A stretch of 64,000 nucleotides of DNA from Phoronis australis (taxonomy: Eukaryota > Animalia > Phoronida). A model generated the notes under the pieces. The model worked only from the letters and a program-made list of their open reading frames with translations. It had not been told where the DNA came from and ran no database searches. The stretch is taken from NCBI GenBank assembly GCA_002633005.1, contig NMRA01000543.1, positions 87,188 through 151,187 on the forward strand, read 5' to 3'. The number at the start of each line of letters is the position of its first letter. The first letter of the stretch is position 1. The position numbers and the translations under genes were made by a program. Shown here piece by piece: positions 35,972 through 47,770 of this stretch.

Positions 35972-37552
35972 CTACGTTGGTCTTCATTGTGAAATAATAC
36001 ATGGTCACTCATGAAATGTTGATTACAAGCCTGGTCTGCAACTCAGTAAACGAACTCGTGGACGGCTGTTAATTGAAGGACATTGGCGATTCGTCAACTG
36101 CCAGTGTGGCTCGATCCAAACACACACGAAGACCTCCGCTTAGGCCGGGGGACTTTCGCTCAGCTGATACAAGCATGATGAGCTCAACGATCCGGAGGAA
36201 AACATTTATCATCATTTTCCGTCGATCATGGCAGCTATACCAGGGGCGGATCCAGGATTTTGAGTTAGGGGGACCAGGGCACAGGTCCAACCAGAATTTC
36301 GGCAGATGCGCGCGCCCAGCCTAAATTGTAGAGATGCAGGGGTCTCGAATTTTTGGGTTGGCGGACCTTTTGACTAAAACAAATAAAAAAGGGAAACGGG
36401 GTTTGCTGTTTATTCACCCCCGAGCGCCCCGAGTTGCACGCATGTGCTAGTCAGCGATTCGCACCTGGACTGCCAAATGGTATCTCGTAGAATTATTATT
36501 TTAGGGGGGACCATGGCCCCTTGCCCCCCCCCTAAATCCGCTACTGTAGGCTATACTTGAACGTCTTATATCGCGAGAAACTGTCTTTAGTCTTCCGGTA
36601 GTGAAGTCTCCTTTCTTTAATAACCGCTTTTAATTTTTTGAAAGACAGAAGGCTGTAACACGGCGCCAGGCGTCGTTCAAAGTTCGACTCCCGTCATACA
36701 TTGTGTGGAAGATTGAGGTCTTTTGACGGCAGCATCAGAAACAGTGCTCTCGAAGGACTAGTCATGATCGATACAGAAAATTACATCACAAGAGTACGAG
36801 CGACGCCACTCCCTATATAGGCAGATACTCTCGATCTCTACGTGCAAGACCTTTCATCCCCAACCGCATTAGAAGCAGCTTGCACATTTCTAATCCGATG
36901 TTCTAGTGCAAAAGAAACTCATACCTATTTTCCCGACGCGGCCTATTTTGGCCCTACTCCTCTTTTCAAAGAATGGGCCTAGGTCAGTGGGACGGGAAAA
37001 CCCAAGCGCTCTCGTTTTACCGACCTAAGAAGCCAAATCTGTTAAACTTGGAAAAATGCACGATTCCAGTTGAAAAACAAAGCCTGTTTGCCACGGTCAT
37101 ATCTGATTCGATGTCCATCTACAGGCTATTTCCTTTTCTCACTATGTTGCCGCCCCCGAATGTGGAGATTCTAAGCTCGATTTCTCCCTCGCACCAGGTT
37201 AATTGTGTTGTGTTTACTGGGCTCCCGTCACGTGCAAGAGCACGAAACAAACTCAAGTCCACTTTTTTCAGAAAGTGTCTCAGAAATTTAAAATAGATGC
37301 AAAATTAGTATACCCGTTCTAGCTAGACACGTGAATTTCAAAGTTGGTGTGACGTCCGCCAACGATGTCAAGTAGTATGTCGTCATGATCAACAAATCTT
37401 GAAGTCATTTAGAGCGTCATGACAAATTTTGTAGTCCGTCATGTTACATTGAACTCCAACCAGGAAAAGTGGGGCTTTATGCTACGTTTGAAGAAAATGG
37501 AACTTATAAGCGTCGTGTTGAATACGTTCTAAATTCAACCACAGCATTTTAA
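35972..37552 (+). pseudogene. Decayed duplicate of the hillarin terminal exon
   Basis: Collinear with 29801-31166 (ctacgttggtcttca.tgtgaaataatac ... acagcattttaa) but with stops, frameshifts, deletions and a MITE insertion. Confidence 0.92.
36241..36546. mobile_element. MITE (caggggcggatcc family) inserted in the hillarin pseudo-exon
   Basis: TIRs caggggcggat / atccgctactg; gctatac occurs on both sides; interrupts collinearity with the functional exon. Confidence 0.85.
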
Positions 37553-40500
37553 AATGCACTGAAAGCCTCAAAGTCCAACCGAATCTCCCATTTCGAGCTT
37601 GTTGTACAGATTACTTAGAATTTCCGCACTGTGCATTGTAGACTGAATCTATTTCTTGCAGATGTTTATGTAAACCTACATATAAAATATACTTGTCTTA
37701 CATTCTTTTTGTAAAAATATTATCGATGGTGTGCATCCATAACTTTAACTGTAATTAGCATCATCACTTATTTCACCCTTTTAAGCATTGCACGGTGATC
37801 ATTTTGCGTTGTAGAGGAACCTGAGCTTTAAATAAACACGTACTGGAGATAAGAAATTTGTGATGGCGCAAATAAAAACCAAGTGTACTCCTTGCTTGCA
37901 AATAGTTCCATTATCCCCCGTATAGCTGCCTGGCTGCGCGCGTGCGCATTCTGATTGTGGAAATCACACGAACTGCAAACACTCTGTGACCGAGTTGAAT
38001 AGCAGTTCTGACGTGAAAAATCGCCCACGAGACCATTCCTGAGATGCAGCGAACTGACGTTGTGATAATCCGACACTTTTACTCCAACTGAGAGCTCAGC
38101 CCGGGGGTTGGGAGCTAGTTTTTTCACTACACGAATTCAGACTTTCACGGAATTATGGATGGCTAGCCTTTCATTCTTAGGCCGTTCGTTGACAAAAACT
38201 GATTAGTTGGCCGCATGAAATTATTTCCCTGGAGAAATAAACCTTACCGGTACGGCAACATTTAATTTTAGTTAGAGCCAATTGGTATAAGCAATCATCT
38301 TAACTTGAAATTGCTGCTGAACAAAAATACTCACTGTATTGCGTTACTACAATTTAGTTATGATTGTTTCTAGACGGAAAAGTTTAAAGATTTGACCGTT
38401 TTATTTTGTTTTTTCATATTCGTCATCCTCCGAAAACGGAAAGTCCGGTCAAAGACGCCCTCTGTTCTAACCGTACTCTGATGTAGCATGAAGCGGAGAT
38501 AAGCTAGCCATAACTTCGAATTTTCACTTCAACATTAACGCGACATTGCATTTTTATAATCCATTTAGTACGAGCTCACAACTGACGTTTAATCAGTTAC
38601 AAGCTTATCATAAATTACGTGTATAGATACTCCGAAAGAGTTTGGGTACTCATCATCAAGAAGCAAACACAGTATTTGAAACAAAACTGATAAACATTTA
38701 CACTGGTGCGCAGTACTATTTTGATTTTAAGATCAACCACAATTAAATTCACGATACTTTGGCAATTTAAGAAACATGATAATAATATAATAAAAGGTAA
38801 GCGTTTTATTTTTTAATAATCGAGTAAAATTAATTACAATACAAGAGTAACAGCCTCGTTACGTTTGCCACTTTTAAACAACAGCGCCCTCTGTTGTCCA
38901 CCAGCGGCAAAAATATACCACCTCAAACTTGATGATAATGAGCATTATAAATTATATGTGCGTGCGCGCGCGTGTATGTGTGTGTGTGTGTGTGCGTCCG
39001 TGCTTACGTGTTCGTATGCGTGGGCTTGCGCGTGCCTTCACTGGTGCGTGGTTATCTCTTCCTGCTATAGTATATATTTCAAACGTCCTGATTACATTCT
39101 TACGCAACAGTAGGTCTAAAACAATCGGTTCGAGCACAATTGAAATGACCGGGAGGTGATTACCACGCATGAAATGGTTTGGTTAAAAGTAGTCCAGAAG
39201 TTTGATCCCTGCTCCTGTCTGCACGGACGCGGAAGTTCCGCCATTTCCAGAGTTGAATTAGTGACGTGAATCCAGGTACACTTCAGAACAAGTGGAATTT
39301 GGAGAGATACAAAAAGTCCTAGAAAACGATATAAAAGTCCACTAAATTTTTAGTCGACCGACTAATTTGTTAGTAAAGGGTCCACATCGCCAAGAATTCG
39401 AGCCGCTCCCCACATATTGAAAGCTGGGTGCGCGCATGACACATATCATCCGTCAGGATTCTGGTAATCATTGTGTAAGGGAGTCGTAAAATCTCAATGT
39501 GGATTGGCGTTCTCCTCTACATACCGGCAGTCATTACTCAGTGCAAGCACAAATCAAAGGCTTACCATGTGGCGAGACCGTCTCGTCTCGTTTACAACAG
39601 CCGAAAAACGTGGAAATCGACGATATTTCACAAGTCCACTAGAAAATATTTATTCGAGAAAAGGAATCAGAAAAATTCAAAAGCAGAAATGTTCGCTCGG
39701 ATGGTTTTGATGCCAGATATAGAAAGATAACGTGCCTTTTTCGTCTGAAAATACCGCTGGTAGTTACAATCAAAAGGAATCTGACCAGATCTAATATAAG
39801 ATAATATACGACGTGTTAATTTGGCTTACGAAGTAAAAGAATCGAACGATTTTAAGGTCGACACAGTTTGCCACAGTTTGCCACAGTTTGTGATTAATTC
39901 ATAAAACATTTGAGTAAATAACAATTTATTTAATTTCGAGTAAGGCAATCTTACTTTGAGTTTTGTCATAGTGTTAGATAAAGTGCGGGACTTCATATTT
40001 CGCAATGACGTGTTAGTCAACTGCAGTTATTGCAGGGCTTGGAATTTTCCTCTTTTAAGAAAATTTCCTCTTTTTTGGTTTCTATTTTCTCTTATTCAGG
40101 GTGTTCCATCGAAATGGGAATCCCGGTTTAAAACAAATAACCCAGAGTCGAAAACAAACTCCCGCAAGCACCTTCAAATCGGTTAACCAGCCCGAAAAAC
40201 ACGAACCCCGACCTTTAAGCAGGACTCACTCCAGTGATCGGACAGGAAACCCGAAAAATTCTCCGAGGATCCTATTTCGATGGATCACCCTGTTACTTGA
40301 TTTTAAGTTTCCTCGTTTTTCGACTCTTTTGTCATTATTTTGACTTCATTCATACAACACGAACCTATTTGTGGAACGATACATCACTTGGAAAATTTTC
40401 CTTTTTTTATCGTTAGTCATTCCAAGCCGTGGCGTGACTCAGCTAAAATCTAGCCAAAGTCACGTGTTCTCACTTAAAATACATGGCAATTTCTAAAGTA

Positions 40501-40589
40501 ATCTCGCAAAGTCTTCAGTTGTTTTTAGCGAGGTCCCAGAGTTACTGAACGGGAGCCTGTTTTGAATGTATTTAAGAAGATTCTCCCTT

Positions 40590-42550
40590 CTTAGTTCATT
40601 CAAATGAACTAAACTTGTTTCACAATGCCAACATACCAATTATTCAATGAATCTTTTAAACGTGGACTAATGCCTTCTGACTGGTATAAGGCAATTATAA
40701 TCCGGATACCTAAGAATTCTACACACGACCCTAGGTTACCTTTGAACTACCGTGGGATTAGTCTTCTTTATAATATTTATAAAATCTTCAGTGCTGTGTT
40801 GAATAATAGAATTTTGGGTTTCTGTGAACAGAACAATATTTTAGTTGACGAGCAAAATGGTTTTCGAAGCACAACGGTCCTCTATTGAACACTTATACGC
40901 CCTGTCATCTATTATTCAAACAAGAAAGTCGTCTAACCTTTCTACATTTGTGACATTTGTGGACATGAAAAAAGCTTTTGACTGGATAAACCATGAACTT
41001 TTTTATAAATTACTGCAAAATAATATTGATGGTTGAATGTATGATGCAATTCTGATTCGTATGATTTACAGAAGTCCGTTGAACTGTATACGATTAAATG
41101 GCACTTTGTATAGTGGTTGGTTCACTCCTGAAAATGGTGTCCGTCAGGGGGTCGTTTTATCACCGACACTCTTTGCAAATGACTTAGCTCCGGATATTAA
41201 AAAACTGGTACAGGTGTCCAATGTGGCCCGAACAATATTTCAGTGGTTCTTTATACCGACGATATTGCACTGAGAATGAAAATGAAATGCAAGATATGTT
41301 CAAGGTTTTAAACAACTGGTGTAAAAGTGGGAAATGGTTGTGAACATGGCACAAATTATGTTGTCCATTTTTGAGCTAGGCCTAAGTCTATGCCTAGAAG
41401 CAATTTTGAATTTATTTTGAACAGTGTCATCAGTTATAAATCCTTATACAAATTTTAAGGCTGCATTCTGGATCAACACCTTGACTTCAAAGGAAATTCG
41501 AATACGTTATCTGAAGCTTCTGGTAGAGCGTTAGGGAAGATATGCTTAACATTCCGTGATAACAAGAATCCAGGATTCGAAACGTTTAAAACATTATTTA
41601 ATTCGTGTGTGGCACCAATTTTGGATTATGGGTCATCTGTTTGGGGTTACAAAAATTTTGGCAATGAGGAAAATATTCAAAACAGAGCTATGCGTTTTTA
41701 TTTAGGGGTCAACCGATTTACAGCCACTCATGCTGTTAGTGGCGATATGGGGTGGGAATATGCTGCGTCTCTGGAACAAACTAGTAACCACAGGTGGTGA
41801 GAGGTTACTGAAGAAGGTATTTCTATGGGACTACTCTGTTGGTAGAAAGGGTTGGATAGACGGAATCGAAAATTTGTTTAACATAACTGGCATGCAATTC
41901 TGTTTTCAAAATTTGACAACGTGTAACATAGTAGACGCTAGAAACAAACTATTTGAATACGCGAACATGCTTGGGCTGAATCTGTTGTAGCAAAACCAAA
42001 GTTAAGAACCTACATTTTATTTAAGCACGAGTTTTTAACTGAACCGTATGTAAAGATTAATTTATCTCGTTCCGAGCCATCTCTTCTGGCTCAGCTTAGA
42101 GCAGGAAATTTCCAATTGCACTTGGAAACTGGTCGTTATGTAAACACTCCTGTAAGTGAAAGACTTTGCTTGTGTTGTGATTCTGGTTCTGTAGAGGATG
42201 AGCTACATGTTGTGTTTGACTGTTTTCTTTATAACTCACGGAGGTTTATTCTGTTTAATAATGTTTCACTTCAAATCCCGAACTTTGCAGATTTCAGTAG
42301 ATTAGATACGTTAAAACTGCTATTTTAGTATTTCCCTAGGCAATTTGCTAAATATATCAAGTCTGCTTTTGAACTTAGAAACCGACGCATTTATTGCAGG
42401 CCTACATCGGAGTTGTGTGGTTTAAAGTCAGTGACTAATAAGTTCAACTGGGCTGGTACTTATCTCTCTTACGAATGTTCTACCTATAACTGTTTGATTT
42501 AATTGTACTTGTCACTATAATAAATAAATACTACTACTGCTACCACTACA
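40590..42550 (+). mobile_element. 5'-truncated, frameshifted non-LTR retrotransposon (LINE RT plus C-terminal CCHC knuckle)
   Basis: NYRGISLL..YKIF, DEQNGFR, FVDMKKAFDW, GVRQGVVLSPTLF, YTDD (from YADD), PILDYGSSVWG, LETGRY..ERLCLCC..VEDELHVVFDC; 3' tail aataaataaatactactact. Confidence 0.9.
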
Positions 42551-43214
42551 ACGATCGCGATCTAATGAAATGAAGCCGATCGTGACCTCGACACGTTAGG
42601 GCACATTCTTACGTGTCTGGCGCTGTTTAAGGTAAGAAAGTAACCCAAACAAACCCGGTGACCCCCATTTTTATAATTTCACAGTAAATAAGGAATCTCA
42701 GTATAAAAACATGTTCAATCGCTAAATGCTCAATACGTTGCCTTTTCTTGTAATCAACGCAGGAGTACGGAGAAGGCCAGCATACCGAAAGCATTTTTCT
42801 GACGACCCTGCAAAAGACTTGTCTTAGTTCTGCCTTCTCTTTCATCGAGCAAACACAAACGAGTCAGTGGAAGTGAATGCGGGGTCAAGATGTGGGCCTT
42901 GTGTTGGCCTGCTTACACCACTTTTATTGCGTGGACAGCAAGTACACACCAGACGAGTAATAACCAACACGGAAAATGGCGGTCTCACTTCGACATTAAA
43001 CCAATCAAGTACTAAATGTTACATCAAAAACATTGGGTTCACGTTTAACGACGGTGAAAATGAAACGACGAGCACATTTTACCGCCGACGCATTTATTGA
43101 TAACTGTTCGAAGTTGTACAGTAATTGTGCAGATCGCCGGAGTGCATAAGCGCGGCGGTTACTTTCAGTAAAAATCGAAAAACAAAAAATCGCTCTCAAA
43201 ATGAGCAACACGAG

Positions 43215-45818
43215 TCAGTCCTCCTGCGGTGTAATACAGCAAAAGAACAGCAAAGTGCGATTCAAACATCTTTGCTTTTCGTAAGTGTTTCGATCATGTC
43301 CTCGGCTCTTCGTTTTGAAACAACTCTTGAGTCTTCTCCAAAAACCCCTCTTTTTGGCCAAATTCCCTGCAGATGACGATGCATCATTGCTTGCAATCAA
43401 CTCCACGGCTGATCCAAATTCATCAGCCATCCACGTGTCATCTTCGGACTCGAGATCTGTGTCTGTCCAATGAGTTATTTCGTCATGGGGGACGCAACCG
43501 ATAGTACTATCGTATGGGTCTTTGTTAAGCGCGCTAAAAACAAAAGGCGCAAATTCATTCCTCTTTTCACCACACAAGACGACACCATTTACTATCCCGG
43601 TATCTTCACGACCGGATGCAGGACATACAAATTTGTGAGCATCTGTTAGCCTTTGTCCAGTGCACACTAATTTCTCGTCTGCAGCATCTAGCTGTACTGG
43701 TCCATCGCACTTAACCCGCGGCACTATTATCTCGTTTGCAGCATCTACGTGTACTTGTCTATCGTTAATGCTCTTCAGTTTCTGGTTTGCGCCATCTGTT
43801 GTTCTGCCTCTTGCATACACAAGTTTCGTATTGGCAGCATTTGCCGGTCCATCGGTCCCGGCCATGCTTTGTTCTTTTACAAAAACTTTTGACCAGTCAT
43901 TTGCGTCCACCAGCTTTTTGTTGGCAATATTTGTTGCTCTATCGCATGCGACCATTATTTTCTTGTTTGCTGAACCTGACGATCTATCTCCATTGGTCTC
44001 CAGTTTTTCTTTAATAGCATGATGTGTTGGGTTATTACTTGTGTTCACCAGTTTTTCGTTGGCAGCATTTGCTGGTCTATTGCACTTGCTCACTAGTTTC
44101 TCGTATATAGCATTTACTAGTACTGAGCTATCACTATTGTTCACCAGATTCCCGTTTGTCTTAATAGCTTCAACTGCACTATCGGTCGCGCCCTCATGTT
44201 GTGCGTTTGTAGCATCTGTTTGTCTACCTCTCACGTTCACCAGTTTCTTGTTCGCAGCGTCTGTTAGCCTGTTATTCGTGCCCAGCGTTTCCTCGTTTAC
44301 AATATCTACTGGCTGATCGTTCGCATCCACCAGTTTTTTATTTGCAGCATCTGATGGTCTAAGGGCATTGCCCACCAGTCTCGCATTTGTAACACATACT
44401 GGTCCATCGCTCATGTCCACTATTTTTTCATCTGATTTGTCGTTCGTAACCCTTAGTTTCTCGTTTGCTCCACTAATTGCTGGTTCACCGCTATTGGCCA
44501 ACAGTTTCTCTTTTGTAGCACTTGCTGGTCTACCACTCATGTCGCTCATTTTATCATCTGGTTTGTAGCTCGCACCGACTACTTTGACATTTGCTGCACT
44601 TGCTGGTTCGCCTCTATTGGCCAACAGTTTCTCTTTTGTAGCACTTTCTGGTCTACCGTTCATGTCTACCATTTTGTCATCTGGTTTGTCGCTCGTACCG
44701 ATTATTTTGTCGTTTGCTGCTCTCGCTGGTTTATCTTTATTGGCCAACAGTTTCTCTGTTGTAGCACCTGCTGGTTTGACGCTCACGTCCACCGTTTTTT
44801 CATCTGGTTTATCGCTCGTACCGACTACTTTGTCGTTTGCTGCTCTCGCTGGTTTATCTCTATTGGCCAACAGTTTCTCTTTTGTAGCACCTGCTTGTTT
44901 ACCACTCATGTCCTCCATTTTCTCATCTGGTTTGTCGCGCGTACCCCCTACTTTGTCGTTTGCTGCACTTGTTGGTTTATCTCTATTGGCCAACACTTTC
45001 TCTTTTGTAGCACCTGCTGGTTTATCGGTCATGTCCACCATTTGTTCATTTGGTTTGTTGTACGTACCGGCTAGTTTGTTGTTTGCTGCATTTTCCGGTG
45101 TATCTATATTCGCGTGTGCTGGTCGTTTACAGGTCGTGTTCACCAGTTCCATGTTCTCAAAATCTGCTAGCCTACCGCCCGGGTACACCAGTTTTTCGTT
45201 AGCAGCACCTGTGGGCCTGTTGCTCGTGCTCATCTGTTTCTCAATTGCAACATCTATTAGCCTATCATGTATTTCCACCAGTTTTGCATTTGCAACATCT
45301 GCTGCCTTATCACTCGGTTTCGGGCTTACCAGCTTGTCGTTTACAGCATATACTTGTCTGTCGTTCTTGCCAACAAATTCCCCGTTTCCTTGCTGCCCGC
45401 TCATTGCCACCAATTTCTCCGTTGTGGTATCTATTGGCGTTTCGCTCTTGACCACCAGTTTATCGTTTGCAGCGTCTGTTAGGCTTGCGCTCGTGTCCAC
45501 TAGTTGCTCGTTTGCCGCATCTACTACAATATCGCTTCTGTAAACTAGTTTATTGTTAGCACTCTTTGCTGATCTATCCTTCGTGCCCAATTGTTGGTTG
45601 TTATCTGCACCTGTTTGACTATCGCTCGCAGAAGCAACAGCAGTCTTACGTGACTCGGTGGTTGAATTTTTCGTTTTTCCTTTCGCGTCCTCAAACTGCA
45701 GAGTTAGGAAACTTCTGATTTTCTTTGCTTCAATAGCTGTTTTCTTTAGAGCTTCCCACACATGATAAATAATCATCGACATAAAACTAAATAATGTTAT
45801 GGCAGTCTCCAGAAACAT
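43215..45818 (-). CDS. Intronless 867-aa uncharacterised repeat protein: N-terminal hydrophobic segment, AANxKLV-type repeats, acidic patch and basic/Cys-rich C-terminus
   Basis: 2.6-kb stop-free ATG ORF, including non-repetitive ends; 15-aa periodicity with five 41-aa (123-bp) higher-order units. Confidence 0.75.
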   Translation of the reverse strand: MFLETAITLFSFMSMIIYHVWEALKKTAIEAKKIRSFLTLQFEDAKGKTKNSTTESRKTAVASASDSQTGADNNQQLGTKDRSAKSANNKLVYRSDIVVDAANEQLVDTSASLTDAANDKLVVKSETPIDTTTEKLVAMSGQQGNGEFVGKNDRQVYAVNDKLVSPKPSDKAADVANAKLVEIHDRLIDVAIEKQMSTSNRPTGAANEKLVYPGGRLADFENMELVNTTCKRPAHANIDTPENAANNKLAGTYNKPNEQMVDMTDKPAGATKEKVLANRDKPTSAANDKVGGTRDKPDEKMEDMSGKQAGATKEKLLANRDKPARAANDKVVGTSDKPDEKTVDVSVKPAGATTEKLLANKDKPARAANDKIIGTSDKPDDKMVDMNGRPESATKEKLLANRGEPASAANVKVVGASYKPDDKMSDMSGRPASATKEKLLANSGEPAISGANEKLRVTNDKSDEKIVDMSDGPVCVTNARLVGNALRPSDAANKKLVDANDQPVDIVNEETLGTNNRLTDAANKKLVNVRGRQTDATNAQHEGATDSAVEAIKTNGNLVNNSDSSVLVNAIYEKLVSKCNRPANAANEKLVNTSNNPTHHAIKEKLETNGDRSSGSANKKIMVACDRATNIANKKLVDANDWSKVFVKEQSMAGTDGPANAANTKLVYARGRTTDGANQKLKSINDRQVHVDAANEIIVPRVKCDGPVQLDAADEKLVCTGQRLTDAHKFVCPASGREDTGIVNGVVLCGEKRNEFAPFVFSALNKDPYDSTIGCVPHDEITHWTDTDLESEDDTWMADEFGSAVELIASNDASSSAGNLAKKRGFWRRLKSCFKTKSRGHDRNTYEKQRCLNRTLLFFCCITPQED
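44470..45070 (-). repeat. 123-bp coding tandem repeat, about 5 copies
   Basis: tattggccaaca recurs at 123-bp spacing (about 44492, 44615, 44738, 44861, 44984). Confidence 0.9.
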
Positions 45819-47667
45819 CTTTTCCTGGCTAAAAGCGCTCTTTTTACATCCTCAATACTTTGTCTACCACAATTATCTCCAGGTAACCTTCCTGCTTAAT
45901 GACCACGCAGGAATTAACGCGTCATCAATGAATGCATTACGTCACAGAACTAAAGCGTCACAACTCGAAGTTTGGCTACGCAATAAAATCTTCTGTTACA
46001 ATTACAAACGAAAAATTGACAACACCACAAAGTTGAACTTAATTGAAATATTTAATTTATAACTATACAACTGTTCTTCATCAACGCAGAACACCCATTT
46101 TTTACATTTCTGCAGGTGAATGAAGTGCTTGAGCGTTCTTTTGAACATCGAGCCTCGGATATGTATTCCTATTCAATAACACACCTGGAGAACCGACGAT
46201 GGACTGCGAGTCTTGACACTTGAATGATCGGGAATAATTCCAACCTTCGACCATTCTGGGTCAATTCCCGAAACTTTGCAGCGTCACTCTATGAACCGCG
46301 GTTCTTACCGTGGACCGCCAGGAATAGAGTACATTGACTACCTCAACAAGAGTTACCGTCGCTAATCTGACCCCGTTTGAATGCCGCGAATTCGGCTTGG
46401 GAAAGCAAAACGTAATTGTCCTATCCCCGCTTCATGAAATAGGCTACTCACCTACCGTCTTAATGCAACTACACATCCGTCTTAAGTCAAAAAATGAATT
46501 AGACCACTAACTGCTCTAACTCTGGTTCTAATTTGTCCCTTATTCATAAGTCCGAGAAAATGAGACAAAAGTCCACTAAACAAGCGCAAACGCGCAATTC
46601 ACAGTGCTGCTCTTGTTTTTTTTCTGTAGTCCGCCCGCTATTTTGTTAGCAAAAGGTCCTCAACGTCAGGAATTCGAGCCCCCCATGTTTAAGGCTGGGT
46701 GCGCGCATGTAAATAATAAAGAATTCGACTTTTTGAATGACAGCGAACTTGACCAGCGGCCAAATGCAACTTTAAATGTCTCTGAGCTCATGACGATAAA
46801 TTTAACTTACAAAAAGTTCTCTAAACGAGTCCTCGTTGCTCTTGCTTGTCATAATTTGTGATTTTATTAAGTTTCTCTTTCAAAATTCCGAAGTTGCGTT
46901 TTCAGTTTCTTACTTGCCTACCGAGTCTCAAATATGTGAAACGATATCTCTGTCAGCTATCGATCATCGATTTAAATTTTAGAAATTGATTGTGTCGACT
47001 TAATGGTATTTGGATATGGTTACGTGGATAGAGTGTTGAATACAGGTAGCCCGAGGGTATGTTACGCGCCTTACACGGCACAAAGTCATGTTGTTGTTAC
47101 GTTTGATTCGGTTTACATAACAAATTCAGACACTGTTTTAACAATTAAGCTCCTATGAAATGCATTGGCAACGATTAGACATGCTGACTGCATGGTCAGC
47201 TAATATCAACTTTCTGGTTATATGAGAGAAAACATCCTTAAATTTTGTATGCATGCACGAAGCAGAGAGGAAGCTGCTATTAATTTTTGTAAAATGATCC
47301 TCTCGTCGCTTCTCTTTTAATCCCATAATTGTCCGACTTAATCATTTTTACACGATCAATTTAAAACTTTGTAAGGCAATAGTGCCTTTTCAGTTTTCCA
47401 TTTTCCTTAAAAAATCAGATTTCGCCTGAGCAACTCCTGACAAAGCGAAGCCACTTTCACGCTAGGTTAAGCACGCGGTAAATTTTGATTGGACCTCATA
47501 AAGCCACTTGACTCGAGACGACTCCGTAAAATTGATGTGTAGCTCCCGCTCTTAACGGACAATATACTGTGATAGCAAGCGATCGGCGACACCGCAGGGG
47601 CATAGCTCGGTTGTCGAATTTCTCACCTGAAAAACTGATCGATATCCCGGGGCCAATAGGCACAGCG

Positions 47668-47770
47668 ATGTGTTCGGGACTTCTGCCACGGGTGTTTTTC
47701 CCTGTTAATCCCGGCTTCGCTGTACCCGGGGCCTATCTGACAGGGTTGTCTTCGGGGATACCCGTTGAAG
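47668..47770 (+). CDS. Pax3/7: Pax3/7 coding exon 1 ([11 protein letters not shown]...GIPVE)
   Basis: Ends PVE-G|gtaggt in phase 1, joining GT CAA GGT; resembles the Pax3/7 'GFPLE|GQG' junction. Confidence 0.75.

Larger units (their letters stand above)
35935..39010 (+). repeat. Local segmental duplication of about 29745-33800
   Basis: Homology continues through the 3' flank (gaggaacctgagctt; ggagctag.tttttca; ctagacggaaaa; cgtc/gccctctgttgt..accagcggcaaaa) to the (TG)n tract. Confidence 0.85.

Noticed and set aside
44584-45543. 319-aa plus-strand ORF, and other plus-strand ORFs in 43285-45482
   Set aside because: Antisense shadows of the repetitive 867-aa ORF; TTG start and Ser/Leu/Phe-rich composition expected from reverse-complement codons
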